Source of the DNA: Octopus sinensis
Taxonomy: Eukaryota
DNA length: 64,000 nucleotides
Reading direction: 5' to 3'
Assembly: GCF_006345805.1 (NCBI RefSeq)
Contig: NC_042998.1
Coordinates: forward strand, 126,728,001 to 126,792,000
In this document: one piece after another, positions 43,037-56,524 of the stretch
How positions within the stretch are numbered: position 1 is the first letter of the stretch
Layout: every line of letters starts with the position of its first letter
Translations under genes and position numbers: made by a program
The notes under the pieces: generated by a model
Told to the model about the DNA's origin: nothing
Seen by the model: the letters and a program-made list of their open reading frames with translations, nothing else
Database searches by the model: none

Positions 43037-43669
43037 CATTCTCTCTCTCTCTCTATCTATCTATATGTCTGTCTGACTGTCTGTCTGTTGGTCTGTCTGT
43101 CTGTTTGACTGTCGGTCTGACTCCCTGTCTGTCTGTTACTCTCTTCGTCCGTCTTTGCGATGTTGATTAACCAGATACACACATTTACGTTGGCTGGTTT
43201 CACAGAATAGTTCACATGATGACAACAGGATATACACAGTCAATTGATAGCATTTAGACATTTGTCGGATTGACGCAAATTTGGACATGGCGACTATACC
43301 CGCACGCACGCATATTGTGTGTGTGTGTGTGTGTGTGTGTTTGTATGTATATGTATACATATATCTAAACATATGGATATAGAAGTATATGAATACAAAA
43401 TTTGCCTACACACACACACACACACACACATACACACAGTATATGTACATATACTCAGAGATATAGATATAATTGTATATATATATATATTATATATATA
43501 TATATATAGTGTCTTTGCCACTATAACTTAAACATATTAAAATATTTAAAAGTATTTGTCTGTACAAGAGTTTAACAACTTTCCTTCAAAAAGAAACAAT
43601 CATTTTATTCTCTTTGTGTTGATTGATTTCAAACATTGAGATTTAGTAGCTGTGGGATACTGCCGTTTA

Positions 43670-43731
<62 letters not shown>

Positions 43732-46400
43732 GTGTGTGTGTGTGTATTTAGTCTCTGTGAGACAGGTTGGGAGATACGTTGAACTAGTTAGTTTTCTACC
43801 AACAATAAACTCACTCCTCCTACCTAAATATCCACCCCATGTCCTCCTCTTTCCCGCCTCTTCCGGCTCCTCTTCTCTCTCTCTCCCCCATGTACTGTTG
43901 CCACCGCTATAATTTACTTGTATTTTAATATTTTAGAGTATCTGTTGTCATAACGAATTTAACAAGTTTCCCTTGAAAGGTATCAATCAATCACTTTCAT
44001 TCTGTTTGTGTTGATTAATTTCAATTCTAGTCGCACTGGCTTAATATATGGGAGATATTCTAAACTAGGTAATTAACGTTCAATCTTCCCGTAAAGCCTT
44101 CTGATCGGGCATTTATCGTCTCGTTATCCGTCGTGTATCTCACTTCCAGTCTTCGCATCAACTACAAAATCATTTCCACCCAATGTTTCAACTCGATGGA
44201 GATTCCTACTCGCTTCCCCACCCGTTGAGAGCCATCAACTCCATTAATCTCGTCAGTCCTCCTGAATAAACAGAGATTTAAAATACTTCTATATCAAATA
44301 ATTCCTCATGATTTTTATAAGTTTTCATCATTATATTTCGTGTTTAATAAGAAATCTTCCCACATCTTTTATGTCTTGTTGCTCATTCTTTGTGTTATTT
44401 CTCAAATCATCCAAACAACAAAGGAATCCAATAATGAATAAACCAGCTGGCGACTTATGGTTTTTGTTTTTCTTTATACCATCTTCAGTACCCACAATTG
44501 TTTTTATGGATCTGAATATACATTCTTTTATTTCGTTATGATATTATCGTAGTGCTCGTATCTGCTGAGCATAGTCAATAAGAATGAAGCAAAATGTTAA
44601 AATATTTCATTATCAGAATGACGACAGTTGGTCTATGACAAAGAAATATTAAAACAAATGTAATCTCGAGAAACGACTAGTTTTGTTTTAAATTCCAGAT
44701 GCTCGGTAAACTTCTGTCACAAACCATAGTTATTCCAACAAACATGCAGTACTCATACTATTCAACGAATTATCCACGCAATATGAAATTCGTAAAAATA
44801 ACGTTTCTGAAAATTCCTGTTTACACTCGTGAATAGGCCTAGGGCAGGTTAAAGGCTTTAGGCTGTTGCAAAATTCAAAAGAACAAAAGATTTATTTGCG
44901 AAAACCTCTTACGCATCTTTGATTAGTGTTTCAAACATTTAGGAGAATTTAGGAATAGACAAGTTGCTCGAAATATATGAATCACATAATAAGAAATAAT
45001 TTAATGATTACTGTTAATAATAAACTTGTTCAGAAATAGCGATATGTCATATTTTATTGTGAAATTTCCAGTTACATTCTTTCAAATATCTGAATAATAT
45101 TGAGTATAACGGTGCGGAGGATATTATTCTCCTGTCATGAGAAGATCAATGTTACACCCTCGAAATGTCAAATAATATAAGGAATCGTTACACAGTAAAA
45201 GGTGTAGGGGATTAATTGGAAATTGAAGATCGTCATACTCTCAAAAGATTTTTTCTGCAAGATAATATTTCAGTTCACTTATCCCTAAGTAGTGCATTGG
45301 CTTCCTCAATCACAGTATTGTTATATCATTGACCTCAACTCTATCATTCCAAAATAACTCACATTTTTTTTTTGTTTCTCATATAATCGTATAGGGGAAA
45401 CGAGATGTTGAGATTAATGACGTATATGCAATCTGCAGAATCTGCAGAATCTGGCGTGTCAAAGAGCTTGCTTTTGCACTGAGATGATCGATACTGTGTA
45501 AAATTATATTTGCTCCACCACTGGCAGATAATTTAACAATCTCTGAAAATCTACATATATATTTTGTAACAAATTGACACGGTATACTCAGAATTAAATA
45601 TTACATATATCCTATCTATTTCATGCCTACCTTATAAATATTTTCAAATATGCTTCACTAGTAGTGTTAAAGTAAATATAGCCCCGAAGTGTAACGAGAA
45701 ATATGCCACCCGAATATAAGGTAATTAGTTTACTTTATCTTGTTGAGGAACAGAATTATTTAGTTTTGTGGAACTGCTACGGTTTCTTCTATAGTAAATA
45801 TCGTAATACCCTTAAGATGTCAGGAAATACGTCGAGCTTTTATCAAATATCAATAATCCTCCACTATTATTTTATCAAAGAAGAAATATATATTTGATTT
45901 TCATTTTAAGAATTTTGTTTTAATTCAGCTTCTTTCAATTATATTAAAGTAAATTAAATAAAATCTATTTTTAGATTTGAGCAATATTTTACTTTTCAAA
46001 TTTACATTATTTTGAAGAGTAATTTAGGATATTTGCCAACTGCCATGCTGTTACTAGTGTTATAGGCCTTTATAATTTTTTTGGTGTCTTTGCTGATATT
46101 TCAAGATTTGCTGTGTGCTTCTTTGATTAAATTTAATACAGCTCATTATAAACTTGAAGTGATAAACATCAAATAAAGAAAATAAAAACGAGTGCAGTAA
46201 ATTAGCAATCAAAAAACATTTAAATATTTTTTACTGCTCAACTATTTTTTCCTTTTCTTTTCAAAAATGACTGATATAAAACAGTAACACGTCAGAAAAA
46301 TTAAAAACCAAATACAAATTTATATGAATTTTGAAAGGAAAGCAAATATGACAATATTTTAGTTTCACACACACACATAGTCACTCACACACACACACAC

Positions 46401-46573
<173 letters not shown>

Positions 46574-46630
46574 CCTAGTTGTGTGTGTGTGTGTATGCGT
46601 GAGTGACTGTGTATTTTGGACGGTATGATA

Positions 46631-46861
46631 GGCGGCGAGCTGACAGAAACGTCAGCACGGCGGGCGAAATGCGTAGCCGTATTTCGTCTGCTATTACGTT
46701 CTGAGTTCAAATTCCGCCGAGGTCGACTTTGCCTTTCATCCTTTCGGGGTCGATTAAATAAGTACCAGTTACGCACTGGGCTCGATATAATCGACTTAAT
46801 CCGTTTGTCTGTCCTTGTTTGTCCTCTCTGTGTTTAGCCCCTTGTGGGTAGTAAAGAAATA
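46631..46861 (+). mobile_element. Complete tRNA-derived SINE with target-site duplication
   Basis: Head ggcggcgagctgacagaa.., box B gagttcaaattcc; TSD GGTATGATA at 46622-30 and 46862-70. Confidence 0.85.
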
Positions 46862-47371
46862 GGTATGATAGGGTTCGCCGAATCAGAGGACTGTGAAGTG
46901 TTTCAGTGTCTGGTGAGGTTACTCTTTCTAGCGTCAGTCACTTTACAGAATGTCAGAATTACCGGGTACATTTTTCGTGGCACCAGCCGGAGTGAGGTTA
47001 CCTTGTAGGTTGCAAAACTAAGAGCCCCATCGATTGAGGAGAGAGTGAGGTAATTTTATACAAGGTGCCGAAAGGGTAGACCACAAAAGAAAGAGACAGG
47101 AGAGAGTAGAAAGTAGAAAGAAAGAGAGCTAAAACTTCAATAGCGAATAAAATAGCGAGTAAAATTATAGAAGTGAAAGGTAGGAAAGAGAAGCAAACAA
47201 TTGGTAGTAGGGTGAAGGGATGGCATTAGTAGCAAGTAGGAAGACCACTTCCCATCTATGATGCCACTCATTCCAAATGAGCATTAACTTCATATAATTT
47301 CATAAGATTTTCACATACGATGTAGTTTCAGCTCCGTCTATTCGTATATATCTAGCTATTTTTATTTCCCT

Positions 47372-47672
47372 ATGTATGTATGTATGTATGTATGTATGTA
47401 TGTATGTATGTATGTGTCTGTGTGTATGTATGTATGTATGTATGTATGTATGTATTTATGTATGTATGTTTGTGTCTGTGTGTATGTATGTATTTATGTA
47501 TGTGTGTGTCTGTGTGTATGTATGTATGTATGTATGTATGTATGTATGTATGTATGTATGTATGTTTGTGTCTGTGTGTATGTATGTATTTATGTATGTG
47601 TGTGTCTGTGTGTATGTATGTATGTATGTATGTATGTATGTATGTATGTATGTATGTATGTATGTATGTATG
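47372..47672. repeat. (TATG)n compound tract with an internal ~96-bp higher-order duplication
   Basis: gtttgtgtctg recurs at 47468 and 47564. Confidence 0.85.
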
Positions 47673-48459
47673 TCAGTCAGTTTATTTCAAGATTTCTTGC
47701 CAATAGACAAAGAACCGATTTCTAATCTAGATCAAGGTTCCTTCATTGGAATATCAACATCAACAACAGGGTATTTTTGTTTGTATGTCATTATTCAGTT
47801 TATTTCAAGATTTCTTGCCAATAGAGAAAGAACCGGTTTTTTACCTAGATCCAAGGCTCCTTCAATGGAATTTCAACATCAGCAACAGGGTATTTTTGTA
47901 TGTATGTATGTATGTATGTATGTATGTATGTATGTATGTATGTATGTATGTGTATGTATGTATGTATGTATGTATGTATGTATGTATGTATGTGAAGATT
48001 TGTATGTTTTATGTACGTATTCTCATGCATATTTAGATACGCTCGTATATATTTAAATGATAAAACTTCTGGAAAGTTTTACAGATTTTTACAGTTCCAG
48101 TGATAGATTGGACCTGTAGTCTTCGAATTAGCTTTCTTCTTTCTGGTTTTGAGAAGCCTAATTTCTCAAGATTGGCATTTAGGCAGTGTGTTACATATCC
48201 CAGGGTCCCAATAATTACAGGTATAGACCTGAACTTGCAATCTTGATTTTTCAATAGTTCAGCATAGGTGTTCTCTTCTTCACTGATCTTCAGCTTTATG
48301 TTAACATCCGCTAGGCAGATAAATTCCACAATTGTGCACAGTTTCTCTTGTCAATCCCAAATCATCATATCAGGTCTGTTGTGCTTACATTTTATTGAGG
48401 TTTTCACTGGTACGTTCCAGAAATATTCCTTTTTATTATGAGTGGCTATGGCTTTTACC

Positions 48460-48460
<1 letters not shown>
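47670..48460 (-). mobile_element. 5'-truncated RLE-type (R4/Dong-like) LINE with a tandemly duplicated 3' tail, flanked by (CATA)n
   Basis: FWNVPVKT..HNRPDMMIWD..VEFICLADVN..K..E.ENTY..PVIIG.LG is a restriction-like endonuclease motif set. Confidence 0.8.
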
Positions 48461-48490
<30 letters not shown>

Positions 48491-48832
48491 TGTATGTATG
48501 TATGTATGTATGTATGTATGTATGTATGTATGTATGTATGCATGCATGCATGCATGCATGTATGTATGTATGTATGTATGTATGTATGTATGTATTTATG
48601 TATGTATGTATGCATGCATGCATGTATGTATGTATGCATGAATGCATGTATGTTTGTGTTAGAACAACAACAATGCAGCTACGCGATATTTTGATTTTCC
48701 AGTCTTACTTTGACATCTTATGATCTTCAAGTCATACGTTGACATCTTATGAAACGAAGAGTACGTTGGACTATGTAGATTTAAAAATAGAGACGAACTA
48801 CCTTTGGACATTAGCTAGTCGATAAGTTTTAG

Positions 48833-48897
<65 letters not shown>

Positions 48898-48918
48898 CAC
48901 TACATATATGTATGTATA

Positions 48919-48955
<37 letters not shown>

Positions 48956-48957
<2 letters not shown>

Positions 48958-49645
48958 AGTGTTGGACAAAATAATGGAAACACCCTAAAATTTCAAACAA
49001 TTGAATTCTACGAGGTATGGACCTGTACAAAGTTTGGATTGTTTCCAAAGGAACTTTTGTCCATTCTTCAGCTAAAATAGTCTCCAGTTCTTGTAGTGAT
49101 AATGGTGGAGGATATCGACCCCTTATTTTTCTAAAATACACCATAAATGTTCGATAATATTGAGATATGGGGACTATGGTGGCCAGATAAGATGTTCAGC
49201 TTCATTAGAATGTCCCTCGTGTCATTCAGTAACAACGTTAGCTGTGTGAATTAGTGCATTATCATTCTGAAAGATTGCGTTTCTCTCCGGAAACAGTTTC
49301 GCAACCGTAGGATGAATTTGATCAGATAAAATACTTAAATAGTCTTGACTATTAATTCTGCCATGAAGGGAAACCATTGGGCCGCCGGATTTCCAAGATA
49401 TAGCCCCACCTCCAGATCATCACAGATCCCCCTCCATATTTAACAGTTGGAAGCAGGCAGTCTGGGTCAAATGCTTCTTTTGGGCTGTCTCCACACGTAT
49501 ACTTGGCCGGTGATGGGGAATTAAGGTAAAGGATGACTTATCCGAGAAAATCACATTCTCCCACTGCTCTAGGGACCAATTACTGCACTCTAAACGCTTT
49601 GCAACGTGTGTTTTTGAAAGTAGTGACTTTCTGATTGCGGCCCTC
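48956..49645 (-). mobile_element. Tc1-like transposon relic
   Basis: TA-flanked terminus CAAGTGTTGGACAAAATAATGGAAACACC; ORFs with W..VIFSD.S.F and L..EW..VP....L..S.PRR. Confidence 0.8.
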
Positions 49646-49647
49646 CC

Positions 49648-50880
49648 GTGAAATCCGGCTTTATGCAGCACTATGACTTGGGTTTGAAACAACTGCTTGA
49701 TCATTCAGATGTCAGTATGATATACCTTGACTTCGCAAAGGTAGTTGATAATGTAGGTCATGGCATGATGAATCATAAGCTACGAGACCTTGGCATTGCT
49801 GGTAAACTGGGAGAGTGGTTGCATGACTTCCTTAAAAACAGTAGTCATGTAGTTTCAGCCAATGGTGTCCTTTCTGAGGAAACTGAAATCCTAAGTGGTG
49901 TCCCCCAGGGAACTGTTCTGGGGGCATTACTGTTCATAACAGCCCTCTTAGATATACCCACGGTCACTCGGACGGCCACTGTTACTAGCTATGCCGACGA
50001 TACAAAATTATCACAGGCAATAAAAAACCAAGATGATGTCACAAGCTTACAGTGGGACCAAAATTCAATATACAAGTAGGCAGAAATAAACAACATATAG
50101 TTTAACGCTGAAAAATTTCAAGCACTGCACTATCAACTCACGATTACAGTACAATCTACATGTACAGGACCCGAAAGCACTACAATCCCTGAGTCACAGG
50201 CAGTGAAGCACTTGGGAATCAGTATGTGCAACTACGCATCATTTTATATGCACATTAGCAAGATGGCACCAAAGTGCAGACAACTGGAAGGATGGATACT
50301 GAGGTCCTTCAAGATAAGAGACCAAGAAACTATGTTGACCCTGTGGAGAACCTTTGTTCTCAGCCGTCTGGACTACTGCTCCCAGTTATGGTCACCACGT
50401 AGTGCCAAACTAACAGCGGAGCTTGAAGCAGTCCCATGCCACTACACTAAAAAGATTGAAATAGTACAGCGGATGAGCTACAGGGATAAGCTGAGAAAAC
50501 TACAGCTTTACTCCCTGGAGCGAAGGCGTGAGAGATATGCAATGATATACATATGGAAAATCCTAAAAGGCCTAGAACCTAACTTTGGCATTGATTGTTG
50601 TAGAAATGCTAGAACTGGCTGCCATTGTATTGTACCAAATGTACCATCCACTCCATCTAAATTCAGGACTAGGTACTGCAATAGTCTAGGGTTCAAAGCC
50701 CACAGCTCTTCAATGCCCTGCCACAAAAATTAAGAAGTTTGCATAAAGTGGAAGAAGATGTCTTCAAAAAGAAACTAGGCATCCTCCTTTCCACGATACC
50801 GGATGAAACAACAGCCCAGCATGAGGTACAGACGAAGACAGCAGAATCAATCTCTCTTATACACCAAATGTAACAACAGC
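49648..50880 (+). mobile_element. CR1-group LINE RT fragment (pseudogenised)
   Basis: YLDFAK..D.V, SGVPQGTVLG.LLF, YADDTK, LDYCSQLWSP, LYSLERRR; stops present. Confidence 0.9.
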
Positions 50881-51043
50881 TTGGCCAAAGGCACATACAG
50901 GAGCGGTGATGTGAAACACCCAGATTGAGGAAGTCAGAAAGACCATGGTGGTGCTCCAGCATGACCCCGGCTGCATGGCTGAAACGATAAAAAGAGTAAA
51001 AGAGATACATGTATGTATGTATGTATGTATGTATGTATATATG

Positions 51044-51084
<41 letters not shown>

Positions 51085-51664
51085 ACACGTATATTAGAAT
51101 CAAAATAAGCAACGAGGATATCCAGAGGTAATGCGGCGCGATCGTTTCACGTGACTCAGATCGTATTCGTAGATGTATGCAAAAATCTAGTAATGTACGT
51201 ATTTATATACTAATCTATGTACCAAGGAATATACCAATGTATGGATATCGGTGTTTGTGCATATATCTTTGTGCGAATGAGAAGTGGGGTGGTTACAAGA
51301 ATACATACCATTGTGTACACTTATTCAATGTGAATGTCCTATGCGTCGAAGACGACTGACATTAATTCTTTTATCAGTTATATTGTATTGTTTTTGTATT
51401 TTGTTGTTTTCACTTTTTATATTCATATTTATGTTCTTATCATGTTTTTTCCTATCATTCTCCATAAATATAAAATTTTATTTTCCTGAAGAGGTTCCAC
51501 GAAAATATGTTTAACTTTAATAAATATAAGACTCATCTGAGACGCCTCATAGGTTAGCAGATTGGAAGACACAGTGATTTCCCATGTGGTTGCAATTAAA
51601 ACATTGCCTATATATCTCCCGATGACTTCTAACACACACACACACACACACAGGCACACACATA

Positions 51665-51712
<48 letters not shown>

Positions 51713-54656
51713 TACATGTATGTTTATATATATACACATGTATGTAAACATTTAGATTCAGGTGAATATGATACGTAATTTGAGGCACCAGACTTTAGTA
51801 CGCTATTTTCCATACAATTTCAAAATACGGTGATTAGAATCAAAATAAGCAACGAGGATATGCAGAGTTAATGCAGTACGATCGTTTCACGCAACTCCAC
51901 TTTATTCAACAATGCAACCATTACATCAATTTAAATGCAGAGCAATACTCAGCTGCACAAAGACATAGAATATAATTAAATTAAAATAGATGGACACATT
52001 AGTGTAATTTTGCCTGAAATATCCAAGAAGTTAAGGATATAGACAAAGAACATCCTGCTTTCCTCCCAGATTTTGCTTGTCACAGTTATATGGGGTCAGT
52101 TTTAATTTATAAACCAGTTTTATCAAATCCTTGTATATCTAAGGCCGAGCCTGTTATGGGTAGGGCTGAAGGAATCGACAGAAATCATAGTGGGTATAAT
52201 CATAAAAATCAAGATTTATTTGAAACAATATCATGAGGTTTGGTAAAGGAAAACTTAAATCAAGATGTTAGGAGGCTGGCCACTAGCAGACCATTGATAA
52301 TGAAAACAGGGGAGAGCTTATCATGTAATACTATAGTTAAATATTTTAATTAATACTGCTATATTGTATAAAGTTAAAGTTTAGGGTTACTCAGAGGATT
52401 ATTAAGAAGAATAATTATAACAAAAGGATAAAATGTTTCATGAATACTTTTGAGTATATACCAAACTTTTACCACAATAGATGGAGGAAAAGAAATTATC
52501 CAGAAATATTTTAATATTTATACATATTATAAATTTAAATACTAACTTATGAGATGGTATCAGTGAATATTGATCAATTGGTATATACTAGCATTTAATA
52601 AAGGAGTACTGAGGTAAAAGAACATGCTAACTTTAACTTAATTTAATTATAATCTAAGTAGTTTATTTTAAGTAGTGAATATACCAGTATTGCTTATATA
52701 TAAGCTAAGTTTGAATTTATAGAGGTACAAAAATTAGATTTATTTTATAAATAAATAAATAAACAAAGGCTACTATAAAATAATAAGGAAACAAAATAAT
52801 CAGGTAGTGCACAACATCATAGAAAAGGAATAATATAAGTTCAATCACAAAAAAAAATGATAAAATTATACGTAGCTTATTAACCACAACAGAGAAGATA
52901 TATAGAAAATGTATAATAATTCAAAACATACCAAACTAAATATTATATATTTACTTATTTAGCTAGTATCAATATGGACTGATACCTGGTTTTAGCTAAG
53001 GGAATATTTATGCTATGAAACTTTCTAATTTTACATTAATTTAACTACCAATTTTAATACATTCACTTATCTTGTAACTTCACCTTCATTCCTATCGGGA
53101 TAGAATAATTATGAGTTAATATTTAAAGTAGTATCCAAAATATTTACTACTTTTGTGTCACATTCATACGTAATACTTAAGTTAAAGTTTTTGAAAAATT
53201 TTCTAATTCTTTTTCTCATTTTTTCTATGATTGATTTATTGTTGCTAGGGATGATGAACAGAGCACTATCCCTGTATAAGCCTCCCTGTAATTTAGGGAT
53301 TTCCCTATTTAGGCACATTAAAAAAGTACGCACCCACTAGATTTGCTGAGTCGCTCAAGCCTATAGCTATATCAAAGTTTTCAGGGGTGTCAGCCCTAGT
53401 CCAAGTTTACCCTCAAATTCTATAATAATTCTTCTAGCTAAAAGAATAATGTCAATTTGATCCCTAGTTATAAGCGGGAGGCTTTTGTTTTGCAAAATAG
53501 GAGACTTGTTGAGAAGAATAGGGGATATACTGGAATATTAAGGTCAACTTGGATAAAAGAATAATTACTTATGTTATCAATGGATTTGAACCAATGTATT
53601 ACCTCATCCGTATCAATCCATAATTTTTGAGTTAGGTTGTGAATTATAAGGGGTAGAATATTGTCCGAAATCGACTTGCTAAGCCGACCAATGCCAGACT
53701 TAATTGGGCAAATTAGTCTTACAGTAGGATTATCATGGAAATTCTTCTTGTGGTCCTTTAGATTAATCCTAAGTTCATCCTTGGTGTTAAGGGTTCGGTC
53801 ATGTCCGCCAAGTCGTATTCCGTCATAAATTCTTTATTTTCAAATTGATGTCTAATAGATTCCTTTTCGATGTTATTTTATATTTAACCGTGAGTTCCTT
53901 CATTACAAGTTTCATATAGGTGATATAGTCAAGTCTATATAAGTTTCCGGTTTTATCTACTGGGACCAGAATGCCTGGTTTGTTATGCAATGACAATAAA
54001 TTCTTTTAGTTTCCTTAGATGTAAGTTTTTCTAAGTGGGTGTTCCTTGAATTTTAACATTAGCTATTAGATCAAACAAGTCTTTTTCAAATTTTTCCAGT
54101 AGTGGACAAGGTGGAGGATTTTTCTGCTTTTGAATATCTTCTTATAATAATATTTCTCTTATGTTTCTAGAGTTCCATTTTTCTTCTTAGTCTCATGATG
54201 ACAGGCATCCACCTCATCCTTCTAACAAACTAATTTGTTCTATGGGTTAGTAGCCACATATAGGTATCTTTACTATGTAAGGGGATGTCCTTTTGAGAAA
54301 ATTCTATATTTACCTTTTCCATCCTGTTGAAAATTAAATACCAGAAAATTTAGCATGTTCTTTGTCTGTCTCCTTAACTTCTTAGATATTTCAGACAAAA
54401 TTATTCTAATGTGTCCATCCGTTTTAATTTAATTAAATTCTATGTCTTTGTGCAGCCGAGGATTGCTCTGCATTTAAAGTGATGTAATGGTTGCATTGTT
54501 CAATTAAATGGAGTTGCGTGAAACGATCGTACTGCATTACCTCTGGATATCCTTGTTGCTTATTTTGATTCTAATCATCTTATTTTGGAATTGTATGGAT
54601 GATACCGTACTAAACTCTGGTGCCTCAGCTTAAGTACCATATTCACCTGAATCTAA

Positions 54657-54710
<54 letters not shown>

Positions 54711-55181
54711 GCCAGAAGTCATCGAGAGATATATAGTCAAAGTTTTAATTGCAACCACATGGGAAATCACTGTGTTCTCCAATCTGCTAACCTATGAGGC
54801 GTCTCAGATGAGTCTTATATTTATTAAGGTTAAACAGATTTTCGTGGAACCTCTTCAGGAAAATAAAATTTTATATTTATGGAGAATGATAGGAAAAAAC
54901 ATGATAAGAACATAAATATGAATATAAAAAGTGAAAACAACAAAATACAAAAACAATACAATATAATTGATAAAAGAATTAATGTCAGTCGTCTCCGAAG
55001 CATAGGACATTCACATTGAATAAGTGTACACAATGGTATTTATTCTTGTAACCTCCCCACTTCTTATTCGCACAAAGATATATGCACAAACACGAATATC
55101 CAAACATTGGTATATTCCTTGGTACATAGATTAGTATATAAATACGTACATTACTAGACTTTTGCATACATCTACGAATAC
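51085..55181 (-). mobile_element. Penelope-like (Naiad-type) element with ~0.85-kb inverted flanks; RT from ATG 54322, endonuclease not seen
   Basis: Minus strand MEKVNIEFSQKDIPLHSK..RRMRW, GGLYRDS (53265-76), VVNILDTTL; 51163-52053 is the reverse complement of 54355-55181. Confidence 0.85.
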
Positions 55182-55524
55182 TGTCTGTGCTACGGTACTG
55201 ATACATGCATAAACGCGTACATACACATACACATATATGTATGTGTTGTACTGTGTGATTTTGTATATGTTTGTGTGTGTATGTATGTATGTATGTGTGT
55301 GTATATATGTTTGTGTGTGTATATATATGTAATATCATACATACATATAGGAAATACATACACATTTATAATTTATGAGAATTGATATGAATAAACAAAG
55401 AAAGGGTAATCGATATGTATTCTTAGCCACTTATGTCTCTGAGATAACAGTGACTCAGAGTTTCACATCTAGATTATCTCAGATAATGTTATAAAAGCTG
55501 TTTGAGTCGATATTTTAGAGATGA

Positions 55525-55687
55525 GGAATTATGTACATTATTTACATTTGACGACTATTTGTCCTCATCTTGTTTGTTGTTAACATAACGTTTCGGCCGA
55601 TATATTCTCCAACCTTCATCAGGTGTCTTGGGAAAATTTCGAACCTGGGTTCTCATTCCTAAGGTATTCTTCGATGTTATTATTATT
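55525..55687 (-). mobile_element. Hammerhead-bearing repeat tail, inverted copy of 56477-56630
   Basis: Reverse complement reads gacacCTGATGAaggttggagaatatatcggccGAAAcgttatgt. Confidence 0.8.
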
Positions 55688-55695
55688 AAGCCCAC

Positions 55696-55768
55696 GGTCA
55701 TATGGCGAAGTGGTTAAGAGCGCGGGCTACTAATCCCAAGATTCCGAGTACGATTCCAAGCAGCGACC
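55696..55768 (+). mobile_element. tRNA(Ser)-like SINE head (not a functional tRNA)
   Basis: Box A TGGCGAAGTGG 55703-13; box B-like GAGTACGATTCC 55746-57; GGTC/GACC ends; loop CT-ACT-AA; lacks the long Ser variable arm. Confidence 0.65.
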
Positions 55769-55772
55769 TGAA

Positions 55773-55845
<73 letters not shown>

Positions 55846-55848
<3 letters not shown>

Positions 55849-56377
55849 CAAGATGAAGAGCGCGATTCAATTGTAAGATATTTTATTAGTTGAACAATAT
55901 TTCAACTTGGGGAAATTGTCATTGTCAAGTTCAAAATAAGAAGTGATAAAAATGCAAAATTACAGAAATTTAAACGTAAAGTATGAACGAGAGAAACTAG
56001 CGTCCATACGTTGCACTTTCTGATTCATATTTGAATGGTACGAAATCCATGGGCCCAGGATTGGGTTCAACACTGGGGTCTAGCGAAACTAACAGGGCTG
56101 ACAAGCCGACTGTGAGAAGGAATAAAACGCAAAATCTGTAATTTACATTACGATTTTCCATTCCTGGGCCCATGGATTTCGTACCATTCAAATATGAATC
56201 AGAAAGGGCAACATGTGGACGCTGGTTGCTCTCGTTCATACTTTACGTTTAAATTTCTGTAATTTTGAATTGTTATCACTTCTTATTTTGAACTTGACAA
56301 AGAGAGACTTACTGTTGAAATATCGTCCAACTAATAAAATATCTATTAAAATCGAATCGCGCTCTTCGTCTTGACTG
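55846..56377. mobile_element. Foldback MITE, ~215-bp inverted arms with ~100-bp spacer
   Basis: agtcaagatgaagagcgcgattc...ccatgggcccagga / tcctgggcccatgg...gaatcgcgctcttcgtcttgact. Confidence 0.85.
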
Positions 56378-56415
56378 TTTACCTTTGTGAAAGGTTACGT
56401 CAATCCTTTTTTTAA

Positions 56416-56460
<45 letters not shown>

Positions 56461-56524
56461 TAATAATACTAATAATATCGAAAAATACCTTAGGAATGAG
56501 AACCTAGGTTCAAAATTTCCCCAA

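Noticed and set aside
47372-47672. CRISPR-like or coding periodicity in repeat-spacer-looking tracts
   Set aside because: Eukaryotic compound microsatellite with a local ~96-bp duplication; no unique spacers or cas genes.
47376-48056. 226-aa ORF and the many MYVC/YIYI/THTH ORFs in the track
   Set aside because: Microsatellite translations.
51481-51515. CTGAAGA-GGTTCCAC-GAAA hammerhead-like core (inverted copy at ~54835-54870)
   Set aside because: Could not build stem I/III or an NUH triplet in type I or III topology.
51850-51965. Possible hammerhead GTGCAG-CTGAGTA...GAAACGATCGTA-CTGCAT (and 54450-54535 with CCGAGGA)
   Set aside because: Neither copy has CUGANGA, stem II is poor, and the homologous site at 21 kb reads CAGAGTA as part of a different hairpin. 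Only the 3' half is convincing.
55696-55768. Functional tRNA-Ser gene
   Set aside because: Box B mutated, stems imperfect, no long variable arm; interpreted as a SINE head.
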